The position numbers and the translations under genes were made by a program. From Planctomycetota bacterium (lineage in GTDB: Bacteria > Planctomycetota > UBA1135 > GCA-002748355): a stretch of 64,000 bases of DNA. The stretch spans positions 2,707-66,706 of the forward strand of contig JALSSW010000051.1 in NCBI GenBank assembly GCA_026984035.1, read 5' to 3'. The notes beneath the pieces were generated by a model. It saw only the letters and a list, made by a program, of their open reading frames with translations. It was not told the origin of the DNA and did no database searches. Below are positions 59,883-64,000 of the stretch, piece after piece; positions within the stretch are counted from its first letter, which is position 1, and each line of letters opens with the position of its first letter.

Positions 59883-60076
59883 TGAAGGTAATCTAACTCG
59901 CGTGATTCATGAACTCGAGTTCCTTTAAGCCTGTTTCTTTATGAGATCACGTCCTAAGCAAGAAGACGCCTCATGAAACGCGGCTTGATCAGGACCAGAT
60001 TCATAGAACTTTCGGAGTTTACAAAAACAAAAAAGGGGGAGGAATGCTTTCTCCCCAATCCAATGGAGGAATTGCC

Positions 60077-60556
60077 ATGGGAGTCCTCACCGCAAAGGAC
60101 TTGATGCAAAAAGACGTCGCCTACGTCCGTCCCAACATGACGGTCAAAGACCTAATCCAGTTCCTGAATGAAGAGGGAATTCACGGAGCTCCGGTTGTGG
60201 ATGGCGAAGGAACGGTAGTCGGTGTCGTTTCCCGTTCGGATATCTTTCAGATCTGGACGGATGAAGACTACGATGCCTGCGCACCCACTTATCACACGAT
60301 GACGGAGGACGGGGAATACATGGATCTTCCTACAGATCTTTCAGAAGGGCATAAGGCCGAAGAGACTGAAATCATTGAAATCATGAGCAAATCCCCTCTG
60401 ACGGCCTCTCCCGACACCAGTGTGGGGGAATTGGCCCAGCGTATGCTCAAAGAAAAGGTTCACAGGGTGATCATCACTGAAGACAACAAGGTGGTTGGGA
60501 TTATTACTTCCACCGACCTCCTAAAGGCCGTATCCGCTTATGAAAAAGAGCTGTAG
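60077..60556 (+). CDS. CBS-domain protein
   Basis: IHGAPVVD..VGVVSRSD; VHRVII..VGIITSTD; GGAGG RBS before ATG 60077. Confidence 0.9.
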   Translation: MGVLTAKDLMQKDVAYVRPNMTVKDLIQFLNEEGIHGAPVVDGEGTVVGVVSRSDIFQIWTDEDYDACAPTYHTMTEDGEYMDLPTDLSEGHKAEETEIIEIMSKSPLTASPDTSVGELAQRMLKEKVHRVIITEDNKVVGIITSTDLLKAVSAYEKEL

Positions 60557-60734
60557 GAGGCCTCGTTTCTTTTGGGAATTTTGAGAAACCGAGTTCCTAT
60601 CGCATATGACCAAATGACAGGGGCTTGCTCGGGAACTCACGGACCTCTCCTTCTCACACTTCGTCCCCAATGAGTACCGCCCCCAACCCCAAAGGATAAC
60701 CCCCGGGCAAAAAGACCCGGGAGCTACAACTGGA

Positions 60735-61607
60735 TCAATTGTGGGAAGTCGGAACCACCAAAACCGGGGATTCGACCATTCTGACCGTTTTCTCTGCGAC
60801 AGAACCCATGAAGAAGCGGTCAAGGCCTCGATACCCATGAGTCCCCAGGACCAGCAGATCGATCTCATTTCTTTTGAGGAAGGAGGAAAGAGCCGTCCAG
60901 GGTTGTCCACTCAGAAGTTTCCCTTCCACTTTCAATTTTTCTGAGCGGAGCCCTTGGAGAAGTTCCGCCATCTGGGCTTTCCGGTGTTCCCTAAGTTTGA
61001 TCCAATTTTCCTCCACGGCTGCCGTGGGAATTGCGAAATCAGCCATCCAGGCAGAGTCTTCCAATACATGAAGAACAAAGCCTTTTGCACCCGATTCGTG
61101 GACAAGATGCCTGAATGTCTCAAAGGCAATAAAAGAAGCATCACTAAAATCCGTAGCGAAAGCGATTTTGGAGATCTTCCGCCCCTTGGGGAGAGTAGAC
61201 TTGACCACACAGACCGGAACAGGAGCTCCCCGAACCAAACGCTCGGCAACCGAACCTAGAAGAAGTCGGCGCAGCCCTTTGCGCCCGTGGCTCCCAACAA
61301 CGCAGAGGTCGCAATGATTCTCTCGGAGATCTTTGAAGACTGCTTCATGGACAGTCCCTTCCTTCAATGCGATCTCAATCTTACATTTGCCGCGGGAGTG
61401 CTTCTTCTTCAGTTTTTCGAGGCTGTCCATCGCGGAGGATTCGAGATCTCCCACATCTAAAACCCCATCAAAGGGAAGGACGACCCCTTCATCCAAAACA
61501 TAGAGGAGCCGGATGGTTCCTTTTGGGCTGGCCATTCTTTTTGCGAACCCAATAGCCAACTCGGAGCAAGGACCAAAATCCGTAGGAACAAGGATTTTCC
61601 TGAACAT
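60735..61607 (-). CDS. Tandem universal stress protein (USP)
   Basis: KILVPTDF..GSHG..LGSVAE twice; AGGAGG RBS. Confidence 0.94.
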   Translation of the reverse strand: MFRKILVPTDFGPCSELAIGFAKRMASPKGTIRLLYVLDEGVVLPFDGVLDVGDLESSAMDSLEKLKKKHSRGKCKIEIALKEGTVHEAVFKDLRENHCDLCVVGSHGRKGLRRLLLGSVAERLVRGAPVPVCVVKSTLPKGRKISKIAFATDFSDASFIAFETFRHLVHESGAKGFVLHVLEDSAWMADFAIPTAAVEENWIKLREHRKAQMAELLQGLRSEKLKVEGKLLSGQPWTALSSFLKRNEIDLLVLGTHGYRGLDRFFMGSVAEKTVRMVESPVLVVPTSHN

Positions 61608-61704
61608 GATCGACCTCCTGGCCGAAGGTTTCTTCAGATGATTTGCCTCAAACATTGAGATTGCCCGCAGAGAAGGGACAGTGCAAGAAGAACCTATTTA
61701 GAGA

Positions 61705-62739
61705 TCACTCGACCCCTTCCTTCGAGTCCTTCTTTTTTGGGAAGCTCCTGGGCGCACCCAGGAAGGCCAGGACTTGCTCAACCGTAATCCCCTCCATGCA
61801 AATGGGACCACTCTCAAGGGCACATTGCCGCTTCAGGCAAGGTCTGCAGGGAAGATCATCCTTGCTCACAAGCACATCCCCACCCCTTGGCCCCGTCCTC
61901 CTTGGGTCCTGTGGACCAAAGAGAAAAAGGGTCGAAGCCCCCGTAGCATGCAGAACATGCATGGCTCCCCCATCATGTCCGATTGCCTTTCCACCGGTTT
62001 TTCGAAGATGTGCCCCCAGAGCGACCAGGTCCTCAAGCCCCCGCGACCCACGCTGCCGTAAGCAGGGAACCCAAGGGGGAAGAACCAAGGCATCTTCTCT
62101 GGGTCCCAGGAGCACTAGGCTGGGGTTCTCCAATCTTGAAAAGAGGGAGAGGACCTGAGAAAGAGGCCAAACACGAGGGTCCTCCAATGCGCCGGCGACG
62201 AGGACATAAAGGGGAGCAGAGGGAGAGATGCCCTTCTCCACAAGAATCGCCCGCAAACGTTTTTCCATCTCGGGAGTCGGAACCAAGTGGGGCGGGGGAG
62301 AAAGAGGGGGAAGAGTTTTTCCCAGGGCAAAACAAGCCAACTCCCACCCCCTCTCCGCCATATGCAAGCTTGAAGAAGGAGGGAGACGCTCCTGGCGAAA
62401 CATCCCGGCAAGGGATTCTCTCAGCTCATTCCGAGCAAACCCAAAGATTGGTTTCAGGCCAAGGATCCTTCCCAAAAAGGCACTCTTGAAGTTGCCCTGG
62501 AGGTCCAAGGCCAGATCAAACCGGTTTTGCCCTTGGCCCCTTAATTTCCACGCCCCCCTCCATCCCCTCTTCCAAATCATCGGAAGGACTCCAGCGCGCA
62601 AGAGAGGCCCCAAACCGGCAAAGCGATCCTCCAGAAGCCAAGAGACCTGATGCCCCGCCTCCTCCAAAGTCCCCGCCAAGGGGAGAGCCTGAACGATGTC
62701 TCCAAGGCTGGAGAGCCGAAGGATCAGAATGCGGCTCAA
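61705..62739 (-). CDS. Glycosyltransferase family 9 (heptosyltransferase-like)
   Basis: ILRLSSLGDIV, DLQG..KSA, DGGAMH, LFGP, CRPC..C..C. Confidence 0.88.
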   Translation of the reverse strand: MSRILILRLSSLGDIVQALPLAGTLEEAGHQVSWLLEDRFAGLGPLLRAGVLPMIWKRGWRGAWKLRGQGQNRFDLALDLQGNFKSAFLGRILGLKPIFGFARNELRESLAGMFRQERLPPSSSLHMAERGWELACFALGKTLPPLSPPPHLVPTPEMEKRLRAILVEKGISPSAPLYVLVAGALEDPRVWPLSQVLSLFSRLENPSLVLLGPREDALVLPPWVPCLRQRGSRGLEDLVALGAHLRKTGGKAIGHDGGAMHVLHATGASTLFLFGPQDPRRTGPRGGDVLVSKDDLPCRPCLKRQCALESGPICMEGITVEQVLAFLGAPRSFPKKKDSKEGVE

Positions 62740-64000
62740 TGGGGAGTCCTTTTGGAAAGAACAAGAGTTTTGCGGGCCACCCGAAAACGTTCCATCTTTT
62801 GGACCTTTTCGGGAAAGGGATGCTCACCCACCACACCCTCCTCCCAGAGGATCCAGGGTTCTCCTCGATAAGGAGAAACAAAAAACTCACTTTGCCGAAC
62901 ACGGGAACCCAACTTCCATAGAATCCAAGGGGGAACATGACCCCATGCAAAAACGGGCTGCTTGCCGACGATCCGGGACAGGTGCTGGACGCCCCCCACC
63001 GGGCTCCGCTTGGGAACGGCTGACCATGCCTTGCGGTCCACTCCCAAAAAAAGCACTGCGCAGATCCCGAGGGCGAGAACAACAGCGTTGGGACCCCGGA
63101 AAAGGGCAGCCAAGGGCAAAAGAAATAAGACCCAGGGAAGAACCTGCATCCAAGGAGGAGCTGCAAAGAGAAGGACAACTCCTCCCAAGAAGCCCAAGCC
63201 TCCCAAGCTCAGACGAAGAGGGAGCGCCGAGTCAGGGGTTGACGAGGGGATTCGCCCTCTTTTCCATACATCCAAGAGAGCAATCAAGCCCGGAAGCAAG
63301 GCGGGGAGGACATAGCGGGTTGGGCGGTGGGGCATAAAAAGGATGGCTCCGATTCCGATCCCAAAGGATAGGGCCAAAGATTTCACCCGAGGATCTGCTC
63401 CCGACAATGGGCGTTTCCATCCACCAAGAAACAGGAGCAATGGAGGCAGCCCCATGGCAAGCACCCCCAACAGGAAGAGGGGAATGGTCTTCAAAAAATG
63501 CCAAAGAGGAAAACCACGATTCCTGCCCAAAGTCTCCCTCTCCCAAATGGCGAGGAGTTGCCCTCCGTCCATCCCCCTTGTGAAGAGAAAAACCAACCAG
63601 AGGAAAAGGGGAAAACAAAGACCTGCCATCCAAAGCGCAAGGCCAGTGAACCTTTTCCTTCTGAAGAGAAATATGACGGGGCCAAGAAAAACAATGGGAG
63701 CCATCGGCCCCTTAATCATGACAGCAAGTCCACCCACCAGACCTGCCGCAAGAAAAGAAAGGCTCTTCGCCTTTTCTCCTGACTTGCCCAGCAGGGAGGC
63801 TAACAAAAGCAAGGCAAGCCCCGAAAGAGCCGTAAAGCTTCCATCCATCTCGGCGGAGATCCCGAATTTGAAGAGGAGGGGATGGAAGAGAAGGAAGGCA
63901 AAGACCCACCAACGGTCCCGACGCTGGTAACCAAGCTCTGCCAAGAACCTCGAAAGAAGGGCAAAAAAAAGTCCAAAGAGCAACAGGGATGGAAGCCGCG
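62736..64000 (-). CDS. ArnT/GT39-like membrane glycosyltransferase, partial (5' end outside window)
   Basis: Frame stays open to the right edge (RLPSL motif); AEMD, KGP, RYVLP; many TM helices. Confidence 0.8.
   Translation of the reverse strand, partial: RLPSLLLFGLFFALLSRFLAELGYQRRDRWWVFAFLLFHPLLFKFGISAEMDGSFTALSGLALLLLASLLGKSGEKAKSLSFLAAGLVGGLAVMIKGPMAPIVFLGPVIFLFRRKRFTGLALWMAGLCFPLFLWLVFLFTRGMDGGQLLAIWERETLGRNRGFPLWHFLKTIPLFLLGVLAMGLPPLLLFLGGWKRPLSGADPRVKSLALSFGIGIGAILFMPHRPTRYVLPALLPGLIALLDVWKRGRIPSSTPDSALPLRLSLGGLGFLGGVVLLFAAPPWMQVLPWVLFLLPLAALFRGPNAVVLALGICAVLFLGVDRKAWSAVPKRSPVGGVQHLSRIVGKQPVFAWGHVPPWILWKLGSRVRQSEFFVSPYRGEPWILWEEGVVGEHPFPEKVQKMERFRVARKTLVLSKRTPH

Overview
Gene-dense bacterial chromosomal window, most consistent with a Planctomycetota genome (planctomycete-type cytochrome c domains, DUF1080 and FGE-like proteins); this taxonomy is inferred from protein families only. 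It holds about 45 CDSs and one tRNA-Arg(CCT). I saw no integrase, transposase or CRISPR array. The centrepiece is a ~9.5 kb minus-strand operon, napD-napA-napB-napG-napH-tetraheme cytochrome-NrfC-like-NrfD-like-octaheme Hao-like. It may encode a complete NrfA-independent nitrate-to-ammonium pathway, and its NapB-like subunit is internally duplicated to four hemes. Other highlights: a peroxiredoxin with an in-frame UGA at the catalytic Cys (probable selenoprotein, only partly called by the ORF track); a candidate sRNA with a C-rich anti-Shine-Dalgarno loop; a 3-keto-glycoside-type cluster with a head-to-head FGE-like/ApbE pair; a tryptophanase with an unusual active-site residue; a ~160 bp nested-hairpin palindrome; a HEAT protein with a secretin-like segment; a giant TPR/alpha-2-macroglobulin protein without a thioester motif; and two secreted proteins with similar C-terminal beta-rich tails. 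All annotations are by-eye motif recognition; no database searches were run.
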